DNA of 64,000 bases from Candidatus Cryptobacteroides sp. (GCA_045640445.1 JAZUFA010000056.1:4208-68207); one strand, 5' to 3'; shown: positions 10,164 through 19,813, counted from the stretch's first letter. Notes: a model not told the origin generated them from the letters alone. Program-made: numbers and translations.

Positions 10164-11599
10164 CATCTGTAGACCTGGGTTCTACAAAAATTGCGGTGAC
10201 TGTGGCGAAAGTCACCGGTGAGAACATTCAGATCATCTACTACAAGGAGACGCCCTCCGACGGTGTGAACGAGAGCACCGTCTTCAACCCCGTGCGCGCC
10301 GCAGAGCCGGTAGGCAAGGCGCTGAGGGAGGCGGAGGCGGAACTCGGCATCAAGATCCTCCAGGTTATGGTAGGACTTCCACGCTACGGCGTGCATCAGG
10401 AGACCGCACCCGCATCGATGGTGCGCACCGAACCTGACGACTGCATCACCCAGGAGGAGATCGACTGCCTCAAGAGCATGGCGCTCGAGGATTATCCTCT
10501 GGATGACCCCGACAAGGAGGAGATCTACGGTGCCGTGGCACAGTCGTTCAATGCCGACGAACTGATCCAGCAGCCCGAACGCGACATCGTCGGCTCGATA
10601 GCCGACGTGCTCGAAGGCAACTTCAGGGTTTTCGTAGGTTCCAAGAGGTCGAGGAAGAACGTCGAGAACGTCCTCAACAAACTTGGTGTTGCTCCTGCAG
10701 GAAAGATTTTCATGCCCCATGCAACAGCAAACGCAGTCCTCACCGATGAAGAGCGCGACAATGGTGTGGCCCTCATCGAGGTCGGCGGCGGCGTGACCTC
10801 CCTCACGATCTACCAGGGCAGGATACTCCGCTATTACGGAGCAATTCCCTTCGGAGGAGAGAGCATAACATCCGACATCAAGTACGAGGGAAGCTTCAAG
10901 CGCGACCTTGCCGAGAACATCAAGCTCGCCTTCGGTGCATGCATGCCCGAGAAGCTTCTCAGCATGAGCGACAAGATACTCCAGATCAACGACGAGGAGA
11001 CAGGCGCATATGAGATCCTCCCCGTGAAGTATCTCTCCGAGGTCATCACGGCAAGGGCAAAGGAAATCATCGACGCCGTGCTGTTCCAGATCCAGGACAG
11101 CGGATATGCCGACCGTCTGAGGAGCGGTGTGGTTGTCACCGGAGGATGCGCGAAGCTCGCAAACTTCGCCAACCTCATCAAGGAGATGTCGGGATACAAG
11201 GTCCGCATCGGATATCCCAGGTCACATATGTTCAGTGCCGAAGGATGCCCCGACGTCTGCGACCCTTCAGCCGCAGCTTCCGTGGGCCTCATCCTCGCTG
11301 CAAAGCAGGACCTTCACCTGAACTGCACCACGGAGCCCGAGCCTGCAGCCGTTGAAGAAGCAGCGCCCGTGATCATCGAAGAACCCGAACCAATCAAGGA
11401 AGTGGAGAATTACGAGGGCACCATACTGGACGAGACCGCAAACAGAATCGAGCCCGAGAAACTCCAGAAGCCGCAGAAGCAGAAACCTGCCAAGCCTCAG
11501 AAGCCCCATAACACCATCAACTGGGGACCGAAGCTCACAAAGAAACTCAGCAAGATATTCGACGATACCATCGGAGGACTTTACGACGGACTTAATTAA
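10142..11599 (+). CDS. ftsA: Cell division protein FtsA
   Basis: VDLGSTKI, IEVGGGVT, VVVTGG actin-fold motifs; low-complexity linker and C-terminal amphipathic helix. Confidence 0.95.
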   Translation: MQQDRYLASVDLGSTKIAVTVAKVTGENIQIIYYKETPSDGVNESTVFNPVRAAEPVGKALREAEAELGIKILQVMVGLPRYGVHQETAPASMVRTEPDDCITQEEIDCLKSMALEDYPLDDPDKEEIYGAVAQSFNADELIQQPERDIVGSIADVLEGNFRVFVGSKRSRKNVENVLNKLGVAPAGKIFMPHATANAVLTDEERDNGVALIEVGGGVTSLTIYQGRILRYYGAIPFGGESITSDIKYEGSFKRDLAENIKLAFGACMPEKLLSMSDKILQINDEETGAYEILPVKYLSEVITARAKEIIDAVLFQIQDSGYADRLRSGVVVTGGCAKLANFANLIKEMSGYKVRIGYPRSHMFSAEGCPDVCDPSAAASVGLILAAKQDLHLNCTTEPEPAAVEEAAPVIIEEPEPIKEVENYEGTILDETANRIEPEKLQKPQKQKPAKPQKPHNTINWGPKLTKKLSKIFDDTIGGLYDGLN

Positions 11600-11610
11600 C
11601 AAGAAGCACT

Positions 11611-12849
11611 ATGGAAGAAGAATACATCGACATACCGGCTCCCACCAACTGGGCTCCGTCTGAAGAAATAATCAAGGTCATCGGCGTAGGCGGTGGCGGA
11701 TGCAATGCGGTGAACAACATGTACCGCGAAGGCATCACGGGTTGCAGCTTCATAGTCTGCAACACCGACGCCATGGCACTCATGAACTCCCCCATACAGA
11801 CAAAGATCCAGATGGGACATGGCCTTGGCGCAGGAACCGACCCCATCAAGGGCCGCAACGCAGCACTTGAATCCCAGCAGGACATAGAGAGGATAGTGAT
11901 GAACACCGGCACGCAGATGCTCTTCATCACTGCAGGTATGGGAGGCGGCACCGGCACCGGTGCGGCTCCCGTCATTGCAAAGATGGCAAAGGACAAAGGA
12001 ATCCTTACCGTAGCTGTGGTGACCCTTCCTTTCAAGAACGAGGGCAACAAGGCGCTTACCCGCGCAATCGAAGGCATACACGAACTCGAGAGGAACGTCG
12101 ACTCGCTGCTTATCATAAACAACGAGAAGCTGTATGAGTACTATGGCACCCTGCTCATCCACGATGCTTTCCCCAAGGCTGACGAAGTCCTTTCAACCGC
12201 AGTACGCGGTATAATAGAGATAATCCAGAAGCCCGGCTACATCAACGTGGACTTCGAGGATGTCAAGACGATGATGAAGGACAGTGGAATGGCATTGATG
12301 GGATACGGCTCGGGAAGCGGCAAGAACCGCATCGAGGATGCCGTGAACCAGGCATTCAAGTCCCCCCTGCTGAACGACTTCGACCTCAAGACAGCAAGCA
12401 ACGTGCTCGTGAACATCACCGGAGGACGCAACGACAAGGGCCTCACAATGGACGACATGAGCGCCATCAACGCAAAGATCGACGAGTATACGGGCGGCGC
12501 CAACAACTTCAAGCGCGGCCTCATATGGGACGATGATCCCGAGATAGGAGACCATATCCACATCACCTCCATAGTTACAGGCCTGAAGTTCAAGGATGTC
12601 ATCGGTCCTACCCCGGAGATGGGCGACTACATCCTCATCACCCGCAACTTCGTATACGACAAGGCTGAGGCGTCGCACAAGGAAGGTATCCAGCTTCACG
12701 AGACCCCCAGCGGAACCCGTGTCGGATACAGCAGCAAGGACAATCAGAGAACATTCAACTACGATATGGACAAGCGTCCCACCCTCCTTGTTGACGAAAC
12801 GGGCAGCCTCGCAGTATTGAAGAACACACCAGCTATCAGAAGAAAATAA
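11611..12849 (+). CDS. ftsZ: Cell division protein FtsZ
   Basis: GVGGGGCNAV, GMGGGTGTG tubulin signature, INVDFEDV T7 loop. Confidence 0.98.
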   Translation: MEEEYIDIPAPTNWAPSEEIIKVIGVGGGGCNAVNNMYREGITGCSFIVCNTDAMALMNSPIQTKIQMGHGLGAGTDPIKGRNAALESQQDIERIVMNTGTQMLFITAGMGGGTGTGAAPVIAKMAKDKGILTVAVVTLPFKNEGNKALTRAIEGIHELERNVDSLLIINNEKLYEYYGTLLIHDAFPKADEVLSTAVRGIIEIIQKPGYINVDFEDVKTMMKDSGMALMGYGSGSGKNRIEDAVNQAFKSPLLNDFDLKTASNVLVNITGGRNDKGLTMDDMSAINAKIDEYTGGANNFKRGLIWDDDPEIGDHIHITSIVTGLKFKDVIGPTPEMGDYILITRNFVYDKAEASHKEGIQLHETPSGTRVGYSSKDNQRTFNYDMDKRPTLLVDETGSLAVLKNTPAIRRK

Positions 12850-12850
12850 C

Positions 12851-14506
12851 ATGAAACGCACAAGAGTAAGATTCGCCCCCTCACCTACCGGGCCACTCCA
12901 TATGGGCGGTGTCCGTACCGCATTGTACAACTACCTGTATGCCAAGCAGAAAGGCGGTGATTTCATCATCAGAATCGAGGATACAGACTCACACAGGTTC
13001 GTACCTGGCGCAGAACAGTACATCATAGAGGCGCTGGGTTGGTGCGGTATCATACCTGACGAGGGCGTCGACGAGAACGGAAAGGTTGTGGAGACCGCTA
13101 CAGAGAAGCACCCTCACGCTCCGTATCGCCAGAGCCAGAGGCGCGCCATCTACCGCGCTTACGCCGAGCAGCTTATCGCTGCAGGCTGGGCTTACTACGC
13201 ATTCGATTCCGCAGAGGCGCTGGAAGCAGCCCGCGCCGCTGCCGAGGCTGAAGGAAAGACCTTCATCTACAATGCGGAAAGCCGTCAGAGCCTCCGCAAC
13301 TCCCTTGTCCTTCCCGAGGACGAGGTGAAGCGCCTCATCGAGGAAACAACGGACTGGACCGTCCGCTTCAAGATGCCTCAGGATACGGTTGTCGCAATGG
13401 ACGACCTTATCCGCGGACACATCGAGGTGAACACATCGACTCTCGACGACAAGGTGCTCTGGAAGCGTGCCGACGAACTCCCTACATACCATCTCGCCAA
13501 CATAGTCGACGACCATCTCATGGAGATCACCGAGGTCATCCGCGGCGAGGAATGGCTCCCTTCACTCCCCCTGCACTATCTGCTCTATCAGGCATTCGGC
13601 TGGGAGCGTCCGCAGTTCGCACATCTTCCCCTGCTGCTCAAGCCTGTGGGAAACGGCAAACTCAGCAAGAGGGACGGCGACAAGATGGGATTCCCCGTAT
13701 TCCCCCTCAACTGGCTCAATTCAGAAGGCGAGACCTATCACGGCTACCGTGAGGACGGTTACTTCGCACCCGCATTCGTGAACCTTCTTGCGATGCTCGG
13801 CTGGAACCCCGGCACCGAGCAGGAACTCTTCAGCATGGATGAACTGATTGCATCCTTCTCACTCGACAAGGTCAGCAAGTCCGGTGCAAAGTTCAATCCC
13901 GAGAAGGCTAAATGGTTCAACAAGGAATATCTCCGCATGAAGAGCGACGAGGAGCTTGCAGCCATCTTTGCACCCATGCTCGAGGCTAAGGGAATCTGCG
14001 TCGACAGCACCAGGCTCGTGGAGATTGTAGCACTCATAAAGGAGCGCGCCACCTTCGTCAAGGACTTCTGGACCATCGCATCATACCTGTTCGTCGCTCC
14101 CGCAGAGTTTGAAAAGTACGGCATCAAGGCAGGCGCTGCAAGTGAGAAGCCCGTCGATCCTTCCCGCCCCGTCGATCCAAGGGCGAAGGTCTACGACGAC
14201 ACCCTCACCGCCCCCTTCCTTGCAAAGGACGTGGACAAGTTCTGGAAACCGGAGGCCGTGGCTGCCGCAAACGAAGCCTGCAAGGCTGTATGCGACACAG
14301 TTGCAGACTGGAACAAGGAAGCCATTGAGACAGCGCTCGAGGAATACATCAAGGGCCATGAGATGCCTATGGGCAAGGTCATGAACTGCACACGCCTTGT
14401 ACTTTCAGGCGCAGCAAGCGGACTCGGCATTGCCGACATCATGTATTTCATTGGAAAGGACGAGACCCTCGCCCGCTGGGCATTCGCTCTCGAAAGACTC
14501 AAATAA
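12851..14506 (+). CDS. gltX: Glutamate--tRNA ligase
   Basis: RVRFAPSPTG-x-LHMGG (HIGH-like), RIEDTD, IRGEEW, KLSKR (KMSKS-like). Confidence 0.97.
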   Translation: MKRTRVRFAPSPTGPLHMGGVRTALYNYLYAKQKGGDFIIRIEDTDSHRFVPGAEQYIIEALGWCGIIPDEGVDENGKVVETATEKHPHAPYRQSQRRAIYRAYAEQLIAAGWAYYAFDSAEALEAARAAAEAEGKTFIYNAESRQSLRNSLVLPEDEVKRLIEETTDWTVRFKMPQDTVVAMDDLIRGHIEVNTSTLDDKVLWKRADELPTYHLANIVDDHLMEITEVIRGEEWLPSLPLHYLLYQAFGWERPQFAHLPLLLKPVGNGKLSKRDGDKMGFPVFPLNWLNSEGETYHGYREDGYFAPAFVNLLAMLGWNPGTEQELFSMDELIASFSLDKVSKSGAKFNPEKAKWFNKEYLRMKSDEELAAIFAPMLEAKGICVDSTRLVEIVALIKERATFVKDFWTIASYLFVAPAEFEKYGIKAGAASEKPVDPSRPVDPRAKVYDDTLTAPFLAKDVDKFWKPEAVAAANEACKAVCDTVADWNKEAIETALEEYIKGHEMPMGKVMNCTRLVLSGAASGLGIADIMYFIGKDETLARWAFALERLK

Positions 14507-15323
14507 GAAGCTGCATCGCTTCATCCAGAGATATGGCGTCTTCAATGCTGAAGCCGCCATTTTTCGTTCTGCGAAGGCTGCTGAGGAACGCTCCTGAACC
14601 CAGCGTCTCACCAAGGTCGCGGGCCAGGGCACGTATGTAGGTGCCCTTGCTGCAGTCGACCTGTATCATGGCAGTGGGAAGCCTGAGGCCGCTTATGTCG
14701 GCGACATGGATGCGGCCCACCCTGTCCTCCTGCACGGCAGGTGCGGACGGTGCAGGCCCGTCGAGCCAGTCCATAAGGCTCATGGAGTATATGTTGATCT
14801 GCTGGCGGCTGAGAAGCTCGCTCTGTTCATGATTGAACTCCGCGCCGGTGCGCAGATGCTCGCGGTACATCTTGCGTGCGAGTTCATAGGCGCGCACGCC
14901 GTCGACCGACTTGGCGCTGAAAAGGGGCGCGACCTGTTCCTGCTCGCCAACGAACCTGGGCAGGACAGACTCCAGGGCCTCACGGCTCACGCCATCGAGA
15001 GGATACTCGGCGTCTATCTCCTTTTCAAGGTCGTATGAAGGTGTTGTGGCTCCGAAGGTGACACCGGCAAGGTACTGCTTGGCGGAACGCTGGAGTTCTT
15101 CGGCGCGCTTGGTCGCCGGACCTATGCACACGAGGAGTATGCCCGTAGCAAGAGGATCGAGGGTTCCGGCGTGGCCGACCTTCAGGTTCTTCTTGCCGAA
15201 GTGCCTGATGGCGGCGTACTTGACCTTGCGGATGACGTCGGCCGACGTCCATCGGTACGGTTTGTCGATGGGCAGGATTATTCCCTCGGAATAGTCCTCT
15301 ATGTTATGGGTCAGGGGTTCCAC
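14499..15323 (-). CDS. truB: tRNA pseudouridine(55) synthase
   Basis: IDKP, KVGHAGTLDPLATG, PLFSAKSVDGVRAYELAR, CSKGTYIRAL. Likely start is GTG 15323, overlapping the rpiB TAG stop (TAGTG). Confidence 0.95.
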   Translation of the reverse strand: MEPLTHNIEDYSEGIILPIDKPYRWTSADVIRKVKYAAIRHFGKKNLKVGHAGTLDPLATGILLVCIGPATKRAEELQRSAKQYLAGVTFGATTPSYDLEKEIDAEYPLDGVSREALESVLPRFVGEQEQVAPLFSAKSVDGVRAYELARKMYREHLRTGAEFNHEQSELLSRQQINIYSMSLMDWLDGPAPSAPAVQEDRVGRIHVADISGLRLPTAMIQVDCSKGTYIRALARDLGETLGSGAFLSSLRRTKNGGFSIEDAISLDEAMQLLI

Positions 15324-15754
15324 TATTTTACAGGGATCTTGTCGATGCGTCTCTGGTGACGGCCGCCGGCGAAATCTGTCTTCAGCCACTCGCGTACACA
15401 GCTGACTGCCATCTGATAGGAGATGAAGCGTGCGGGCATCACGAGAACGTTGGCGTTATTGTGCTCCTTTACCAGATGTGCCACTGCAGTGCTCCATGCG
15501 AGTCCTGCGCGTATGCCTGCATGATGGTTCAGCGTCATTGCCATGCCGTTGCCGGTGCCGCAGATTGCGATTCCGCAATCGACGGCGCCTGTCTCCACTG
15601 CCGATGCGAGCGGATGGGCGTAGTCTGAATAGTCGCAGCTGTCGGCGCTGTCGGTGCCGAAGTTGACCACCTCATATCCCTTGCCGAGAAGGTAACTGAT
15701 AAGCTTTGTCTTGTATTCGATTCCAGCGTGGTCGCTGCAGATTCCTATGGTCAT
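15323..15754 (-). CDS. rpiB: Ribose-5-phosphate isomerase B
   Basis: SDHAG, ICGTGNGM, HNNANVL, FAGGRHQRRIDKI. Confidence 0.95.
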   Translation of the reverse strand: MTIGICSDHAGIEYKTKLISYLLGKGYEVVNFGTDSADSCDYSDYAHPLASAVETGAVDCGIAICGTGNGMAMTLNHHAGIRAGLAWSTAVAHLVKEHNNANVLVMPARFISYQMAVSCVREWLKTDFAGGRHQRRIDKIPVK

Positions 15755-15780
15755 AATGCGGTTGTTTTTATGTTATGGTG

Positions 15781-15810
15781 CAAAGGTACGCTTTTTTATT
15801 AGTAAATTTG
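15781..15810. promoter_or_regulatory. Divergent Bacteroidetes sigmaA -7 elements for rpiB (TACCTTTG, - strand, 15781-15788) and kduD (TAAATTTG, + strand, 15803-15810)
   Basis: Both match the TAnnTTTG consensus in the AT-rich gap and point toward their genes. Confidence 0.7.
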
Positions 15811-15828
15811 TGCAAACTACAATCCAAT

Positions 15829-16629
15829 ATGAACAACCCTTTCTCTCTTGAAGGCAAAGTTGCGCTCGTGACCGGAGCATGCTACGGCATAGGCTACGCA
15901 ATCGCCAAGGCTTTTTCAGACGCAGGCGCACAGGCCATAATCTTCAATGCCAGAACACAGACCAACATCGACAAGGCCATGGAAGACTACCGCAAGGACG
16001 GAGTCAACGCCTATGGATACATCTGCGACGTAACCGACGAGAAGGCCGTGCAGGACATGGTGGCCGACGCCACTGCGAAATTCGGCCACATCGACATACT
16101 CGTGAACAACGCAGGCATAATCAAGCGCATTCCCATGCATGAGATGGCAAGGGAGGAGTTCCAGCAGGTTATCGACATCGACCTTGTGGGGCCCTTCATC
16201 TGCTCGAAGGCGGTGCTGCCCCAGATGATGGAGCGCCGCGAGGGCAAGATCATCAACATCTGCTCGATGATGAGCGAGCTTGGCCGTGAGACAGTATCGG
16301 CCTACGCCGCAGCCAAGGGCGGCCTGAAGATGCTCACCCGCAACATCTGCTCGGAGTATGGCGAATACAACATCCAGTGCAACGCCATCGGCCCCGGATA
16401 CATAGCAACTCCTCAGACGGCTCCCCTGCGCGAGCCCCTGGCCGACGGGTCGAAGCACCCCTTCGACAGCTTCATCTGCGCAAAGACCCCTGCCGGACGC
16501 TGGCTCGCACCCGATGAGCTCGGAGGCCCCGCAGTGTTCCTCGCATCGCATGCATCCGATGCAGTTAACGGCCACGTCCTCTATGTGGACGGAGGCATAC
16601 TCGCATACATAGGAAAACAACCGAAATAA
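15829..16629 (+). CDS. kduD: SDR oxidoreductase, 2-keto-3-deoxygluconate 5-dehydrogenase / gluconate 5-dehydrogenase type
   Basis: TGACYGIG, NNAG, YAAAKGG; adjacent to kduI. Start set at ATG 15829, downstream of the -7 box. Confidence 0.85.
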   Translation: MNNPFSLEGKVALVTGACYGIGYAIAKAFSDAGAQAIIFNARTQTNIDKAMEDYRKDGVNAYGYICDVTDEKAVQDMVADATAKFGHIDILVNNAGIIKRIPMHEMAREEFQQVIDIDLVGPFICSKAVLPQMMERREGKIINICSMMSELGRETVSAYAAAKGGLKMLTRNICSEYGEYNIQCNAIGPGYIATPQTAPLREPLADGSKHPFDSFICAKTPAGRWLAPDELGGPAVFLASHASDAVNGHVLYVDGGILAYIGKQPK

Positions 16630-16633
16630 GAAT

Positions 16634-17479
16634 ATGTCAAAGATCAATTGCACAGTAAGACAGGCGTCCAGTAACGTGGACGCAAAGCACTACGACACCG
16701 AAAGGCTCCGCCAGGAATATCTGGTGGAGAATGTCATGGTGGCGGACGAGATAAACATGGTTTACTCGATGTTCGACCGCATCATCGCAGGCGGTGCAGT
16801 ACCACGGGCGGAGACCCTCAAACTGGAAGCTCCCGAAATCCTGCGTGCCGATTACTTCACCCAGCGCCGCGAGCTGGGAATCATAAACGTGGGCGGCGCA
16901 GGCTCGGTGATTGTGGGCGAAGAAGAGTATCATCTCGAATACAAGGAGGCAATCTATGTAGGCCGTGGCAACCGCCACATCTACTTCAAGAGCGATTCAG
17001 CCGAGGCTCCCGCACACTTCTACTTCTGCTCCGCCACAGCACACCGCGAAACTGGCGTGAAGAAGGTGAGCAAGAAGGATGCAGTTGTCATGCATCTTGG
17101 CAGCCTCGAGGAGAGCAACGAGCGCACCATTAACCGCCTTCTCGTAAAGGAGGTGGTGCCCTGCTGCCAGCTGCAGATGGGAATGACCGAACTTGCTCCG
17201 GGAAGCACCTGGAACACAATGCCCGCACATACTCACAACCGCCGGATGGAGGTATACTTCTACTTCGAGGTACCCGAGAAGGATGCAGTCTGCCACTTCA
17301 TGGGAGAGCCTCAGGAGACCCGCCACATATGGATGCACAACGAGCAGGCCGTGATAAGCCCCCAGTGGAGCATCCACAGCGCATGCGCAACCCGCAACTA
17401 CACCTTCATCTGGGGAATGTGCGGCGAGAACGACGATTACAACGACATGGACTGGGTAGCAACCCCCGATCTCCGATAA
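16634..17479 (+). CDS. kduI: 5-dehydro-4-deoxy-D-glucuronate isomerase
   Basis: QLQMGMTEL, WNTMPAHTHNRRME, HFMGEPQETRH, SPQWSIH, YTFIWGMCGEN. Confidence 0.96.
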   Translation: MSKINCTVRQASSNVDAKHYDTERLRQEYLVENVMVADEINMVYSMFDRIIAGGAVPRAETLKLEAPEILRADYFTQRRELGIINVGGAGSVIVGEEEYHLEYKEAIYVGRGNRHIYFKSDSAEAPAHFYFCSATAHRETGVKKVSKKDAVVMHLGSLEESNERTINRLLVKEVVPCCQLQMGMTELAPGSTWNTMPAHTHNRRMEVYFYFEVPEKDAVCHFMGEPQETRHIWMHNEQAVISPQWSIHSACATRNYTFIWGMCGENDDYNDMDWVATPDLR

Positions 17480-18349
17480 ATGAAGAAATCCATCATAGTT
17501 GCAGCGCTGCTCACACTCGCAGCCTGCTCCGAAGCTCCCGAGGTGGATAAGGTCATGGCCCGCCATGTACCCGAACGGGCCGACGACTTCGTCTTCGAGA
17601 ACAACCTGATATGCGGCCGCATATACGGCCAGGCCCTGGAAGCGGAGACAACGTCGCCCGGCATCGACATCTGGGTCAAGAAGCCGGGCGCCCTTGTGGC
17701 CGACCAGCGCTACAAGGACGAGCTTGAGAACGGAAAAACCTACCACAAGGACTGGGGCAACGGCAAGGATTGCTACAAGGTGGGCGTCAGCCTCGGCGGA
17801 GGTGCATCCGCAGTGGTGATCGAAAACCGCCTGCAGTATCCTGCAACAAACTACCGCAGTTGGGAGATTCTCGAGCAGACCCCGGACAAAGTAGTATTCC
17901 GGCTGGATTATCCCGAATGGAACGCCGGAGGCGAAAGCATATCGCTACGGAAGACATTCACGGTAAGGGCTGACACGTACTTCGTCAAAGTCGAGGATGT
18001 GTACACATTCAGCGGCGAGTTCGGCGACGAACTGGAAGTTGTTGCAGGAGTGTTCCGCCATCCCGAACAGGAAACCGTACGGTTCGAGCTCGAGGCCGAG
18101 GACAGATACGCCCTTTGGGAGAGGGCCTCGGACCAGAGCGTCGAGCCCGAAGACGGTATGATAGGCGTGGCAGTTTACGTTCCCGGCGGCAGGAACGGCC
18201 GCCTCTCGCACGGCGACGACCACGGCATCACGGGCCGCAGGATAAAGTCCGGCGAAACCTTCACCTATTACTTCGGCTCCTGCTGGAGCAAAGGAGAGAT
18301 CCAGTCGTGGTCAGACTGGCTGATGATGGTCGACAATCTGAGTTACTGA
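17480..18349 (+). CDS. DUF4861-like lipoprotein (uronate/pectin-associated)
   Basis: Lipobox LAAC; PERADDFVFEN, GIDIWVK, YHKDWGNGKDCYKVG, YYFGSCWSK resemble DUF4861 proteins. Confidence 0.75.
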   Translation: MKKSIIVAALLTLAACSEAPEVDKVMARHVPERADDFVFENNLICGRIYGQALEAETTSPGIDIWVKKPGALVADQRYKDELENGKTYHKDWGNGKDCYKVGVSLGGGASAVVIENRLQYPATNYRSWEILEQTPDKVVFRLDYPEWNAGGESISLRKTFTVRADTYFVKVEDVYTFSGEFGDELEVVAGVFRHPEQETVRFELEAEDRYALWERASDQSVEPEDGMIGVAVYVPGGRNGRLSHGDDHGITGRRIKSGETFTYYFGSCWSKGEIQSWSDWLMMVDNLSY

Positions 18350-18350
18350 T

Positions 18351-18387
18351 AAGAATCGCCGGACTTTGAAGCCCGGCGATTTTCTTT
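18351..18387. terminator. Bidirectional intrinsic terminator between convergent operons
   Basis: Stem AATCGCCGG (18354-18362) / CCGGCGATT (18373-18381), flanked by AAG and TTCTTT, between two stop codons. Confidence 0.8.
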
Positions 18388-19801
18388 AGAATCCGAAGTA
18401 TTTGTCCGCGTTGTTGTAGGAGATGTCCTCGACCATACGGCCTATCCAGTCTATCTCGCTGGCGGGCAGCCTGCCTGCCTCCACGTCAGTGCCGAGCACG
18501 TCGCAGAGAATGCGGCGGAAGTACTCGTGGCGGGGGTAGCTGATGAAGCTGCGGGAGTCGGTCAGCATGCCGACGAAGCGGCTGAGGAGACCGAGAACGC
18601 TGAGGTCGTTTATCTGCTTGCGCATGCCGTGCTCCTGGACGAGGAACCACCAGCCGGAGCCGAACTGCATCTTGCCTGGGCAGGTGCCGTCGTTGAAGGT
18701 GTAGGCCATGGTTATCATGGTCTCGTTGTCCTTGGGATTCAGGCAGTACAGTATGGTCTTTGCCAGTTTGCCCTCAAGTGTGAGACGGTCGAAGAAGCGG
18801 TGGCCGGCTTCGGCACACTGAAGGTCGTGTATGGCGTCATAACCGGTGTCGGGGCCTACGAGATTGAACATCTTCGTATTGTTGTTACGTATGGCGCCAA
18901 CATGGAACTGCTGGGTCCAGCCTGACTCCGCATCCATTCTTGCAAACTCGTAGAGCATTGCGCTGCGGAATTTCACCAGCTCGTCGGCTGAAGGCTCGAA
19001 GCCTGCCATCGTGTTCGCGAATATGTCCTCGATCTCAGTTTGAGTATAATCCGCAGCATAGAAGGTGTCGAGTCCGTGGTCAGAGAGCTTGCAACCCATG
19101 GAAGCGAAGAAGTCGTGACGCTTCTGAAGGGCGTCCATAAGGTCATTGAAGGTGATAATATCAGTCTGTGCAGCCTCGGAGAGCTTCTCGATATATGCCA
19201 CATATGCCTTGGAGTTCTCGATCGCCATGGCCTTGTCGGGGCGCCATGCGGGAAGGACCTTGACACCGAAGGGTTTCTCCGCAATCATCCTGTGCCAGCA
19301 GAGGTCGTCGGCAGGGTCGTCGGTGGTGCAGACGACCTTGACATTGAACTTCCTTATTAGGGCCTGGCCGCGGAATTCCTCGGTGGCAAGCTTGGCGTTG
19401 CACTCCTCGAATATCTCACGCGCCGTTTTGGGACTGAGCACCTTGTCGATGCCGAACACGCGGCTGAGTTCAAGGTGCGACCAGTGGTAGAGAGGATTGC
19501 GCATTGCATAGGGCATGGTCTCCGCCCACTTCTCAAAGGTTTCCCAAGGGGTGCGTGTGCCGCCGGTGATATATTCCTCAGGAACACCGTTTGCACGCAT
19601 AGCACGCCACTTGTAGTGGTCGCCGGCATGGCCGTCGACGAGCCAGAGCTGGGTGATGTCGCGGAACTGTATGTTCTCGGCAATCTGCTGGGGGTTCAGA
19701 TGGCAATGGTAGTCGATGATGGGCATATGCTCGGCATGGCCGTGGTAAAGCTGCCTTGCAGTTTCATTCGAGAGGAGGAAATCTTCGTTGATGAATGACA
19801 T
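18386..19801 (-). CDS. uxaC: Uronate isomerase
   Basis: IIDYHCH, DHYKWRAMR, NPLYHWSHLEL, TTDDP, GSGWWF, GMLTDSRSFISYPRHEYFRR. Confidence 0.96.
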   Translation of the reverse strand: MSFINEDFLLSNETARQLYHGHAEHMPIIDYHCHLNPQQIAENIQFRDITQLWLVDGHAGDHYKWRAMRANGVPEEYITGGTRTPWETFEKWAETMPYAMRNPLYHWSHLELSRVFGIDKVLSPKTAREIFEECNAKLATEEFRGQALIRKFNVKVVCTTDDPADDLCWHRMIAEKPFGVKVLPAWRPDKAMAIENSKAYVAYIEKLSEAAQTDIITFNDLMDALQKRHDFFASMGCKLSDHGLDTFYAADYTQTEIEDIFANTMAGFEPSADELVKFRSAMLYEFARMDAESGWTQQFHVGAIRNNNTKMFNLVGPDTGYDAIHDLQCAEAGHRFFDRLTLEGKLAKTILYCLNPKDNETMITMAYTFNDGTCPGKMQFGSGWWFLVQEHGMRKQINDLSVLGLLSRFVGMLTDSRSFISYPRHEYFRRILCDVLGTDVEAGRLPASEIDWIGRMVEDISYNNADKYFGF

Positions 19802-19813
19802 GTGAAGTGCTGT

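Noticed and set aside
1-12849. murF, ddl and murB missing from the dcw cluster
   Set aside because: This is normal for Bacteroidales, where these genes lie elsewhere.
15324-15389. ORF-track N-terminal extensions of truB (also kduD, eda, kdgK, cpsB, several GTs, wzm, wzt)
   Set aside because: They overlap upstream genes or promoter boxes. Downstream starts give typical stop/start coupling and family-like N-termini.
18630-18660. Calling uxaC a catalytically dead pseudogene
   Set aside because: The catalytic/metal Asp lies in LTDSRS, which is intact, and the ORF is full length.
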